Part shown: one piece after another, positions 34,970 to 46,269 of the stretch
How the letters are laid out: each line of letters opens with the position of its first letter
Numbering within the stretch: position 1 is the stretch's first letter
Source: Catajapyx aquilonaris
Taxonomy: Eukaryota
Length of the DNA: 53,646 nt
Reading direction: 5' to 3'
NCBI GenBank assembly: GCA_000934665.2
Contig: JYFJ02000689.1
Location: 62,001 to 115,646 of the forward strand
Program-made: the position numbers and the translations under genes
Notes under the pieces: model-generated
The model's input: the letters and a program-made list of their open reading frames with translations, nothing else
Databases searched by the model: none
What the model was told of the DNA's origin: nothing

Positions 34970-36432
34970 TGTTTGTTAATACTGTGGTGTGTAACAGCCC
35001 GCATAAATGCATCACTCATAAAGCCATTGAAATACTATTAATTCTTCATTAGCAATTATTGTTGTCATATTTCTTGTGGTAGATAACATATTGTAGCCTT
35101 ATGGTTGCCACTTGCACCATAAAATTTCAATCAACAAATCACTCATTACATCCAGGCTTTGACCTTCCCCGACCACCACGCTTTGATGAAGACACGACCC
35201 TAGATGAGGAGACAAATTCCACACCCAACAGGACACAAGTTGCGGAATGTACGTACTCTACACTTTAATTCATCTGGCGGAAGTGTTGCAGTAACTGGGT
35301 GCTCTTTTATTTCTCAGCAGGCGACAGAATCCTGCTTAGCCCACGAGTTGTCATCAGTGACACAGAAGAGAGGACGAGAGCAGCTGCCTTGCCCCCTTCC
35401 ACCACATATGATGTATAGACACAGGTAGGCCATTTACCAGTATTACTCTGCATATGGTAGTAAAAAATTATGCTATTTGAAATGGTGATAGAGTGGCGTG
35501 GCCATTTAACATGTAATACAGAACTAACCTAATATGCAGTTGATGAATATATTGATTAACTGATTTTTAGGTAATCTTCATGGTGTACGTGGCGGTGCTG
35601 CCGAGAAATGGAATTCTTCCCACTTAACTCTGCTGACGAACAGTTGGCCAACACTGGTAATAAAATAATGTTGTATAAGCTATCCCATCAATACCTTAAC
35701 AAAGGTGCTTAGTCAGGGCCATTCCTTTTCCAGCATTCAATAGGAAAGCAATGCATGTTTGGATGACCATAAAGGAACAGAATAAACAAATAATTGCGCA
35801 AAATAGTGCCATCTTGGCATTGTTGAAGAATGGCAAGGAAGAAGCTGTGCAGAAGCTGCATAGAAAAGTACCACTTGGTTGTCCCACACTTCCAATGGAC
35901 AGCATCGATGACGTGACTAAAATGGAAGTTTTTTTTTGAGTAACGAGAAGAATTATGGCCTAATGGTAAGTCAAGTAATATTGTAATGTATTATGTTGTA
36001 AGTAACTGAAAATCATTAATGAATAACCTACAGTCTTTCTGCCTCAGCTTGGATACATAAGTGCACAATGTATTTCTTTCTTGAACTCAAATTGGAATGT
36101 TTTCACTTTTAGTGTGAATACCACCTGTCCTCACTCGGTGGAAATGGACTGGCAAATTCTGTCAACAACATACTAAGAGAGACTTTCACAAACAATCTGG
36201 CTGCAAGGTACAGTTGGAAAGGAACACGAAATGAAAAACATGCATTTGTTGGATTGACCTTCTCAACATACTGTCATAACACGTAAGTAATGTGATGTAA
36301 TGCACAACTCTTTCTGGTCATAAGGCAAACATTAGTCGCCCTGTCAATTGGAAATAATTATAACATTATTAAGGGGATTTTATGAAATCTTGGGATATTA
36401 CATCGAGAACATTCTACAGGAGGAGTACAAAC
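34970..36432 (+). repeat. ~1.45-kb direct duplication (copy 1) carrying intron-containing DUF4806-like TE-associated gene remnant
   Basis: Near-identical to 44072-45590; exons encode KVPLGCPTLPMDSIDDVTKME / LSSLGGNGLANSVNNILRETFTNNLAARYSWKG. Confidence 0.85.
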
Positions 36433-36539
36433 ATAAAAGGAGTAGGAATTAATTGACTTTTTATAAATGACAGATGAACACGTGGATCAGCGGAAGTTGT
36501 CACCTAATCGTCCTAGTAAATACGAGTTCCTACTGAGAG

Positions 36540-36950
36540 GCTGCTGAATGTGTCTGATGACGAGTTCTGGGAGAATGTGGCATGGCCAAACGAAAAGGTT
36601 TTCGTGTCATCTGCTGATGGACGCTGTATGTCATGCATGGCGCCCAGACGACAAGCGGCTCGATCCTAAGTAGGCCCACAGGATGACCCAAAAGTCTGTA
36701 GTATTCATACTGTAGGTAATAATATCATAATCATTTTTAGTTTCCAGGTACGCATTGCCACACGAACGGTGTTACCATTGGGTTCTGGGGCTGGATTAGC
36801 GGAGCAGGAGTAGAAGAGTTGGTGGAGGTTTCACCTAGGATGAATTCGGCAGAGTATAAGTCTGTTCTTGAAGAATCCATGCTTTCATCAGTACGGGCCG
36901 TATACCCATCAGAGGAGATGCCAATCATTCATTTTGTTCAAGACAACTCG
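36540..36950 (+). mobile_element. Tc1/mariner transposase fragment, second and longer copy
   Basis: FWENVAWPNEKVFVSSADGR (first-Asp region), then the same GAGVEELVEV...FVQDN segment as 31484-31797. Confidence 0.75.
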
Positions 36951-37229
36951 TAGTCGCTTCCGCGTGGTGTGCCCTGGTAACGTTTCCTGTGAAACGGCTA
37001 AACGACTCTGACTAGTGATTGGTAATGAATGAATACCGAGAAGCCCATAATACCCTTATTCGTCCTTATTAGATAACCCCCCGAATTAAAAAGCGAAATG
37101 ATGGGGGCACGTCAAAAGGGAGTGCCGCAAAAGGAGGGCAGCAGAGAACAATGACAAGTTCGTTCGTCTACAAAACATCTCCGCATGATGACACATCCCA
37201 AGTAAGTTTAGACAATCGGGTGATCATGA

Positions 37230-37530
37230 AAGCTCGCATTAGGAACATGCCAGCGATGCTCCTGATTGATACCGGAGCTAAAGCATAGCTTCCTGAAAGA
37301 TGATTTTGCCAGCCTCTGTTTGAAACTACGTGCAAGAGAGATGGACGTCCGGAGAACGGTACTGGCTACATCCCTAAATGTGAAATATATTCGACAGGCC
37401 AATCCTTTGAGGTGGATCTATATACCTCCTTCCCTTCGCCAACGTGGATGGGGTCCTCGGACTGGATTGGCTGCAGGCTTATGATCCGCTTATTGACTGG
37501 AAGTCACGTACAATGAGCGTCACGATCGGC
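37230..37530 (+). mobile_element. Gypsy protease remnant
   Basis: MLLIDTGAK..SF and VLGLDWLQAYDPLIDWKSRTM. Confidence 0.7.
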
Positions 37531-38299
37531 AGAGTAACCACCGACTTGGAAAGGTGTGACCCCGAGTATTTAGGCGAATGGTAACGCATGTGCCCTGCTG
37601 TCTTGTGAATCACTTCCAGCAGCATCCAGTCACGTCAGCGCCCCTGTTCCCGACCAAGTAGAGTGGGAACAAAGTCATGTGCTCCTGCTCTTCCTCTGCA
37701 TCCTCATGAACCTGCTACTGCATGTTGTGTGAACAGCAGTGTTTGGTTTCATCTCCCAGAGTGACAGTTTTAGTGCATTCTTCTGTTGACGAGGACTTAT
37801 TGTTTCATCATTCTCTTTTGTAAGAGTTGTCAGCAACATATTTAGAATCAAGTTTACTGTAATGGAGAAAAATATTATTGTGAAACATGTTCACTGAGCT
37901 TGATATTAAAGAGAATACAGTACTCTGATCTGAGTATTTTCACAAAATAAATGAAATTGTTTATTATATGAAATATTAATTTCTAGAGGATATTATTATT
38001 GGTCCTGTGTACTACAGGCAGGTCAATTCTCTAACACCGGTTCATGCGCCTTCCGTGCCTCGCATCGATGACAGGCTGGATGTTTGAAAGGATCCCGTTA
38101 TTTTGACACCAAAGACCTAACCTCTAATTAATATGACCAAGTACTACTGCCACACAGGGCATTAGGAGGTCTCCTGACAAAGTATTGTCAGCACTTCTTA
38201 TACGAAGGTAGCCTACATCTTCACAATGATGTGCACATACCACCAATTTCAACTCTGAAGCAGCCTCAAACATATCCGTTTCTCTGGAGATGTGACTGA

Positions 38300-38960
38300 T
38301 GTTGCGAAGGACAACTCATTTCGCTGAGACACTCCAGCAACAGACATCTCATTTCATCGCCGGCCTCCAGCGCAATTATGGTTCTTTGAGTGACTTGAGA
38401 AGGCTCATAAGCATTACGTTCCTATGTTTATGGGAATGGTTGCCACAGGATGACGACATTTTGGACAAAGTGAAGAATCAGGTTTCTAATGCACCAGTCC
38501 CGGTGTACTTGGATCACAAAAGTATGAACCAGTGCAACTGAATATTGCAGTCTCTCACCCCAAATGAGCTTGTGATTGACAATTTATTTACCACCTGACT
38601 ACCAGTTCGTCCTGTCAAACCGTACGTTGAGGCACACCAGAAATCCATCTCAGGCCGAGGACAACAGGACAATCCACATCCATAAATGCGATATCTCAAG
38701 AGATTCGCACCACCAAAGAGACACGAATATTACGTGCTACTCCCTGATTCGAGTGGCAGTTGGTGGATATAGCTGGAGCCGAGGCTGGAGTGACCTCATC
38801 CAGGGCTCTGAACACTACAGCGCCCGTTTTGACTCATCGACTGTGAAATCGATTTTCATATACAGTGAACAATCGTATCGGCCTTTATGTGGTGGTGTGA
38901 AAAACGGACTTACGCGATAGTGGTCGAATGCACCTTACATCGTCAGGTCGACCGCCCTGC
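38300..38960 (+). mobile_element. Degraded Gypsy RT/RNase H linker fragment
   Basis: SHFIAGL..LRRLI...WEWLPQDDDILDKVKNQVSNAPVPVYLD. Confidence 0.55.
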
Positions 38961-39479
38961 GATTAGAATGCGTGTGATTCTTTTTGGTTGCAAGTGCTCC
39001 TTTGATCCATGAAGCTGTGCACACGCAAATATGTAAAAAGGGGGAAACAACGTCCTTCTGGATATCGATTACATTTTCATCTTTCCTAACTGTCACTTCT
39101 CTCTCAGACTGTCCCTGCAGCAAATATGGCCGAAACCCCTCCACCGCCTGATGACCAAACAATCGAAGTGGAGGTACGTGTGCGACGTCAAGCCAGGCAA
39201 AAACAAATAAAAAAATAAAAAAATGTCCATTCTTATTTTAATTGCAGATTGAGCGCAACACAAGTTCCCGCTTTCTCGACGCCCTTCACGACACACCAGG
39301 AGTTGGCAACCTCCCAAGTGAATCGAATTGCCCTTGGTTTCAACCAGTCGACCCTCGTCGACTTGACTGGCGGCCACCAATCACAGGCGAGTTCCGGACG
39401 GTCTATTGACAGTCAACGCATTCGACGTTCAACCGGAAGCAGTGATTCACCCAATTACTTTCAGAGAATTGAAGGCAAC

Positions 39480-39630
39480 ATCCCCGAAACCAATCTGGAC
39501 TGCAGAAGAAGTGGCGTGCCTGATCGGCGCAAAGGGCAAACACAACCAATGGCCAGAAATCCCCGCAGAAGTGAACGGCGTGCATGGGAATAGCAGGAGC
39601 ATGCATGCAGTGAAATGCAAATGGAGCACG
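39480..39630 (+). mobile_element. Myb/SANT-like DNA-binding fragment (Harbinger accessory type)
   Basis: KPIWTAEEVACLI...QWPEIPAEVNGVHGNSRSMHAVKCKWSTL. Confidence 0.55.
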
Positions 39631-40060
39631 TTACAGGTCCGCAAGTGGGTCAATGAGTACAACATCGGTACCGGGCTCAATCCTGCATTCTTCCGGAAGC
39701 TGGAAGGGAGGGTTGCTGAGATGTCAGCCACGGAAGCCCAGTGCACGCTTGCCATGGATGCAATGTCGCTGATGGCATGGACTTAGTACGACTCCAAACA
39801 CGATGTGGTGGAAGGATACCAGGACCTGGGCTCCGAGGGTCGCACGTAGTCAGTGGCGACTGAGGCCCTGGTGTTCATGGCTAGGGGGTTGCACCAACAT
39901 TGGAAGGTGATGGTCGCCTACTACGTGTCCCGTGGGTGCGTCAATACGAACACTTTCAGCAAGCTGCTTGACCAAGTGGTGCAGAAGCTGCATGAAACTG
40001 GGTTGGTGGTTCGGGCGGTGGTGTGTGACCAGGCTCCGACTTACCGAGCAGTGTTTCGGA
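39630..40060 (+). mobile_element. P-element/THAP9-like transposase fragment with two in-frame stops
   Basis: CTLAMDAMSL..*YDSKHDVVEGYQDLG..*SVATEALVFMARGLHQHWKVMVAYY...LHETGLVVRAVVCDQAPTYRAVF. Confidence 0.85.
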
Positions 40061-40072
40061 ACAACCTCCTAC

Positions 40073-40169
40073 TAAAGGGTTCCATATAGAACTGAGTAAG
40101 GTTCTCCCTGGGTGACGGGCCAAAGAACCTTTCAAGGTTCTTTTTCGCACCAATATTTCTAAGAGCGTA
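40073..40169. mobile_element. Terminus of a non-autonomous CACTA/EnSpm-like DNA element
   Basis: aagggttcc..agaac, aaggttctcc and aagaacctttcaaggttc subterminal repeats ending tttctaagagcgta; resembles CACTCTTAGAAA-type TIR families as recalled. Confidence 0.45.
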
Positions 40170-40900
40170 GGCCTTGGTTTACCTCTTCGGTATACCGTTG
40201 GCCATTCCCTACTTCACCTATCTATCCTTTATTCTCTTTTCTTTGGCGATATAATAAATGAGGACTTGAACTTGGCCCACATGTGTCAGATGTTGTACCT
40301 GTTTTGGTCACATCTACGTGGTGTCAGAAGTGGGATCCACAGTTCTACCCTCAAGTATCGCCTGTCGCACCTAACTATTTTTACATGGGGGAAGATCCCA
40401 TTGGCTTGTGTACATATCTAGTCGAGACCGAGTGCCAACAGCCTCTCGTCTCTTTTCCCTTACCGGACGGAAAGGTGCACGAAGCCCTTGCGAGCCAACC
40501 CGCTCCTGTCCAGAACGAGCCTTACGTCGTCTTGTTTCCCCACGTACCCCAATGGCACATATCTGCTAAAAGCAATTCCCTGCACCGTTATCCCTTCCGA
40601 GCAATATCCTGCTCATTACCCTTCCGAGCTAACCCGCTTTATTTCTCGTATCCTAGTGGCGCATATCTGCTAAAACCGTTATCCCTTCCGAGCAAAATTG
40701 CTCTCCTTTTTCCTTGCCACACCAAGAGTCTCCGTACCTATCCAGCAGGGAGAACAAAAGGAAGAAAAGACTCTACGAGTACGCAACTCTACTAGCGCAC
40801 CCACTAGTACGAGAAAGAAGATACACATACACTCTGGATGCGTAAAATCCTACCACGGAACCAGGGATATACGTATCACGTGTACTTTGACACGTTACCA
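40170..40900 (+). mobile_element. Partial LTR, primer-binding site and leader of an LTR retrotransposon
   Basis: TGGTGTCAGAAGTGGGAT at 40319-40336 (complement of a tRNA-Leu 3' end, a common Gypsy PBS); AATAAA at ~40253 upstream; short tandem repeats at 40558-40695. Confidence 0.65.
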
Positions 40901-41479
40901 GGACTCGTCTCGCAGATCAGTGCATCGACGAAAGATGTCTCGACCCCACCTGTTTCACTTCTCTCTCAGACTGTCCCTGCTGGAGCAAATATGGCCGAAG
41001 ACCCTCCACCGCCTGATGACTAAACAATCGAAGTGGAGGTACGTGTGCGACGTCAAGCCCGGCATACCATAACAGCTACTACCCTCCATCACTCCATCAC
41101 AGTGAATGTCTCGCCGCCGACACCACCAATCAAGACTGACTCCCCTGAGCTGTTCAGTGTCGAAGCACCCGATAAGGATGTGAATCTCCGCAGGGAGGAA
41201 TGAGAAAGGGAGCGAGCGCAGGAGGCCAATTATGGCGTGTATTCATCTTCAAGCCATGCCGAATATATGAATCTGCATTACACGAAGGTGGGGCAATAAC
41301 ACTATGAGTGCAATGTCGATGTACATGCTGTGTGAGCAGCTCCCATTCATGATAAGGAAATTTGTATCAAAGACATCGCCATATTTGCTGAATTTCATTC
41401 GGATACTTCAGATTTCTCAGTTGTTATTGTGGGCAGTAGTCTAACTGAGTGATGACAGCATATAGGGCAGCTCAGATTG

Positions 41480-41700
41480 GAAACCACAGAATCTTTCAAC
41501 AGTTGTACCCAACACATAAAAACAATAACACCAAAGTTTCATTTCATGCCACATTTCTGTGAGCAGGTTCAGAATTTTGGACCAACAAGGTATCAGTCTT
41601 GCATGAGATTGGAGGCACACTACAATATACTGAAATGCAAAAAGTATAAGAACTTCAAAAACATTGCATTTGGTGTAGCATATTTCCACCAGAAATGAAT
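41480..41700 (+). mobile_element. CMC (CACTA/EnSpm/Mirage-like) transposase C-terminal fragment
   Basis: TPKFHFMPHFCEQVQNFGPTRYQSCMRLEAHYNILK...NFKNIAFGVAYFHQ. Confidence 0.75.
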
Positions 41701-43389
41701 GTGCCGAAATTTGTTGGGCGAGGAAGGTGGCAAAAATGCATTTTTTTTTACAGGGAACTACGAACATAGAAATCGCTGAGCAGGCTGAGCATGAGGAGAG
41801 GGATTTAACGGGAATTCTTACCCCTTTGGAGCGCTGCGTCTTGACCCGAGATGGCGTTACTGTTGCCCTATTCTCCCAATGTAAAAGCATTTTTGGAGAT
41901 TTTCTCAGTTGCAAATGCACCAAAAATTATGAAAATCGCTTCGTTAGATAGCCGGGAGCAAATACTATATGGTACATTCGTTCGTGTTGGACATACGCTT
42001 GGACATACGCTGGTTCACGAGCAATACTACTAGCTTTTCTGACGTCAGCTCCCGCCCCTTTCGTCCCTTCTCAGAACTGTGACGTACTCACGACCATTCC
42101 CTCCCGGATCGTGCTTTTTCTTATGGAAGAGTTGAATTTTCAAACTTTAATTACAAATTCCTGGATGCGGTGAAAAATATGCAGATTTTTTTCCAGATTC
42201 CTCGACACACTGTCATTGACATATATAATCCAATCCAACGACATGCACGAGGAAATATATATTTTAAATGCGAGAAATGCGCCCAGATAACTCATCATTA
42301 GCATGTCGAGTCAAAGTATAGGAGGCCCATGATGGCCTGAAATGTGATGAGTGGCCCGGTCACTATCTCCGTGCCAATTTACGAAGGTTCAAAAATTCGC
42401 TAACGGCTCGGAAAAGGCAGGGTTGCCAATTTTATGCAAGATACGTGAACAATAATTCCAATCAGAGGTGGCACGTGCTGAGTGGCTTCCAATTGAAGGG
42501 TCAGTTTAACATTGCGACTTTTTCGCACTAAGTTGTTTATCGCGGAGAAGTTACTTTCGAACAGTTACTTTTAAAATATTACATGCTAATAGTACGAACG
42601 TGCACTAGTTTTTTGAGACCGCGAATTGCATCTCGGACAAGCCCAATTATTGGAAGAGGTCAGTCCAAAATTTCCTCAGCAGCCGGACGGACTTCGCCCA
42701 AGTTCCGGCCCAGGGTTGTGGAAATCCCTGGAGGCTAGGTATACAGTATACGTGCAATGTGTCACCTGTTTAATTTTATTTTTCGCTAATAAGTGGCATC
42801 TCTTGTTAGTTGCAGAGAAAGCCGATCAAGATTCCTTCGATGCAGATGTTTTCGTGGAGGAATTCTGGTCAGGCCGCCCCGACGGAGGAAACCTGGCGGA
42901 CATGGGGGGAATGCAATGAACGTTTCACCATTTGCTCAGAAAAATGTGGAGAATAACATATCCAAAGTTCACGGCGATTGGTGGGGAGGAACCCGCCGCC
43001 ATCTTGGAAAATGGCGGCGAAAAGGGGTGTTTTGGTTTTAGATTTATCTCGTAAATGACTGCATGCATGTGGATTTATGTAGAATGCAGAATGAAAGATC
43101 CCACTAGTTCGCACATATTCAGTCCCTATCATTTTTTTGTAGAGGGAATAGCTACAAAGTTATCGCCGATTGTATTGACGCCACATAACCACCCTATACG
43201 AGGATATTATGCACATATGCTGTTTCTACTCAAGTAATTATGTGAATAATAGTCACTTATCATTACTTACTCTAATAATAGAGACGAGCTGTCATTGAGA
43301 AATGGTTGGTAATGATAATGGCTATTATAGCTATTATCAGTAACTATTATTAATAAAAACACGTAATCCTGTATTGTTCCTGTTCCTGT

Positions 43390-43480
43390 ATTGACCACTT
43401 CAAGTCATTATTTTCTTCGGGGTCATGTCAAGGCTGTGGTGCACCAAACTGAACCACTGACTCTGGTAGCCCTTACGGCT
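43390..43480 (+). mobile_element. mariner-like transposase C-terminal sliver
   Basis: HYFLRGHVKAVVHQTEPLTLVAL resembles the DFFLWGYLK..VY...P.T..EL motif. Confidence 0.5.
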
Positions 43481-43720
43481 GCACGACCTGGTATAAAATG
43501 TAGTTTGTTTATTTGCCCAATGTGTGTGCGCTTGAATGTACTAGGCAAAGTTCGTCTGTTTGTCCTACGTGTGAGCACGAAATGGGTGTGAAATGCGGTT
43601 TGTTTGTTTGTCCAGGTAGCACTCTGATAGCCACTCAATAGCGTTGCGGAATTTGAGGGGAACTCATCATCATCGAATGGCGACGAGGCTCGACGAGAAG
43701 TTGCTGTGACTTATTTCTAG

Positions 43721-45713
43721 ATGATTTCCAGAAGGCCCGCTGCAAGGCAAAGGATTCTGAATGGCTCACAGATCTGAATACCAGCACTCATGTGGGAGAG
43801 GAAGGCGATTATTTACCCAGGATAAGGCGAAGCCATCGTCGCAGAGTGAGAAGACATACCATCGATTCAGAAGGCGATGATGATGAAGCACTGCCAAAAA
43901 CACGCCACAATAAGAAATCTGCTATCTAGGTAAAGGTATGCCATCTAGCAAAACTACCAATTTTTTGTCTCAATCATCTGCCACATACTTTATGTCCAAG
44001 TACATCAACAACTATAATTATTGCTCATTCACGAAACGAAGTAATAAAGCGGAATGTGCATTGTGCCAGTATGTTTGTTAATACTGTGGTATGTAACAGC
44101 CCGCATAAATGAATCACTCATAAAGCCATTGAAATACTATTAATTCTTCATTAGCAATTATTGTGTCATATTTCTTGTGGCAGATAACATATTGTAGCCT
44201 TATGGTTGCCACTTGCACCATAAAATTTCAATCAACAAATCACTCATTACATCCAGGCTTTGACGACCTTCCCCGACCACCACGCTTTGATGAAGACACG
44301 ACCCTAGATGAGGAGACAAATTCCACACCCAACAGGACACAAGTTGCGGAATGTACGTACTCTACACTTTAATTCATCTGGCGGAAGTGTTGCAGTAACT
44401 GGGTGCTCTTTTATTTCTCAGCAGGCAACAGAATCCTGCCTAGCCCACGAGTTGTCATCAGTGACACAGAAGAGAGGACGAGAGCAGCTGCCTTGCCCCC
44501 TTCCACCACATATGATGTATAGACACAGGTAGGCCATTTACCAGTATTACTCTGCATATGGTAGTAAAAAATTATGCTATTTGAAATGGTGATAGAGTGG
44601 CGTGGCCATTTAACATGTAATACAGAACTAACCTAATATGCAGTTGATGAATATATTGATTAACTGATTTTTAGGTAATCTTCATGGTGTACGTGGCGGT
44701 GCTGCCGAGAAATGGAATTCTTCCCACTCTGCTGACGAACACTTGGCCAACACTGGTAATAAAATAATGCTGTATAAGCTATACCAGCAATACCTTAACA
44801 AATGTGCTTAGTCATGGCCATTCCTTTTCCAGCATTCAATAGGAAAGCAATGCATGTTTGGATGACCATAAAGGAACAGAATAAACAAATAATTGCGCAA
44901 AATAGTGCCATCTTGGCATTGTTGAAGAATGGCAAGGAAGAAGCTGCATAGAAAAGTACCACTTGGTTGTCCCACACTTCCAATGGACAGCATCGATGAC
45001 GTGACTAAAATGGAAGTTTTTTTTTAGTAACGAGAAGAATTATGGTAAGTCAAGTAATATTGTAATGTATAATGTTGTAAGTAACTGAAAATCATTAATG
45101 AATAACCTACAGTCTTTCTACCTCAGCTTGGATACATAAGTGCACAATGTATTTCTTTCTTGAACTCAAATTGGAATGTTTTCATTTTTACTGTGAATAC
45201 CACCTGTCCTCACTCGGTGGAAATGGACTGGCAAATTCTGTCAACAACATACTAAGGGAGACTTTCACAAACAATCTGGCTGCAAGGAACAGTTGGAAAG
45301 GAACACGAATTTGTTGGATTGACCTTCTCAACTGTCATAATAACGCGTAAGTAACGTTATGTAATGCACAACTCTTTCTGGTCATAAGGCAAACATTATT
45401 AGTCGCCCTGTCAATTGGAAATAATTATAACATTATTAAGGTGATTTTATGAAATCTTGGGATATTACATCAAGAACATTCTACAGGAGGTGTACTATGG
45501 GCGCCAAAAGAATTGACCGACGTTGATGGGTATATGGCACTATATACCCATCAACTCCGGTCAATTCTTTTGGCGCCCATAGTACAAACCAACATAGCAG
45601 GAATCACTGCTGCTGAAGTCATAAAAGCCATACAAGTGTACTTGAAACATGCACCAGAGGGACTTGCAAAGGAAAGGAAAAAGGCTCGAACCACTTCAAG
45701 TGGTACGAATTAA
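43721..45713 (+). pseudogene. DUF4806-like multi-exon TE-associated gene remnant (copy 2, more complete)
   Basis: Extra 5' exon DDFQKARCKAKDSEWLTDL and 3' AEVIKAIQVYLKHAPE; frameshifts and a MITE insertion; 44072-45590 duplicates 34970-36432. Confidence 0.65.
45495..45582. mobile_element. 88-bp palindromic MITE with TA target-site duplication
   Basis: TA[ctatgggcgccaaaagaattgaccg...cggtcaattcttttggcgcccatag]TA; the paralogous copy shows the empty site (gTAcaaac at ~36425). Confidence 0.9.
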
Positions 45714-46269
45714 GTAATCCTCCTCATCAGGACTGATCCTAGGAAATGGTGAATGTATAAAGCTGGTTCAATAAGTCAATTTATTAACCCCTTCGACCCC
45801 AGATCGGCCCGAACCACACAGTTTTTGGCTTACGGGTACTCCGAAGATACGGACAAGATATTTTGCAAAAAATAACAGCTATACTTACGAGATCTGGGAA
45901 AACCCTATGAATGTGTCTGGAACCATTTTACTCGTCTAGAAGTCCCTAAATTAATTTCCAAAAAAGGGCTATAATAACTCGAAATTGGACTACTGCGGCC
46001 CAACTTTGGCTGATTTGATTACGAAATGCGTGAAAAGATGCGAAATAACAACCTTGAGTACCATACTAGAGGAATTTGCTGAAATCGTCGTACTTTGCGA
46101 GAAATTAATTACTCGTAATACTTATTTGCAGCTTTTTGGCACTTCGGTAAACTCCGCATACAGTTCTCCAAGGTTCTCTAGGTACATATTCAGGATATTT
46201 TAACATATTTCATAATTTTAATCTTTCTGGCCCAGCCACCTAGAATCTAGGCGTTAAGAACTCGACGGC

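Noticed and set aside
39140..39176. CTGATGA...GAAG possible hammerhead ribozyme (also ~41013)
   Set aside because: No GAAA core and no pairing for stem II.
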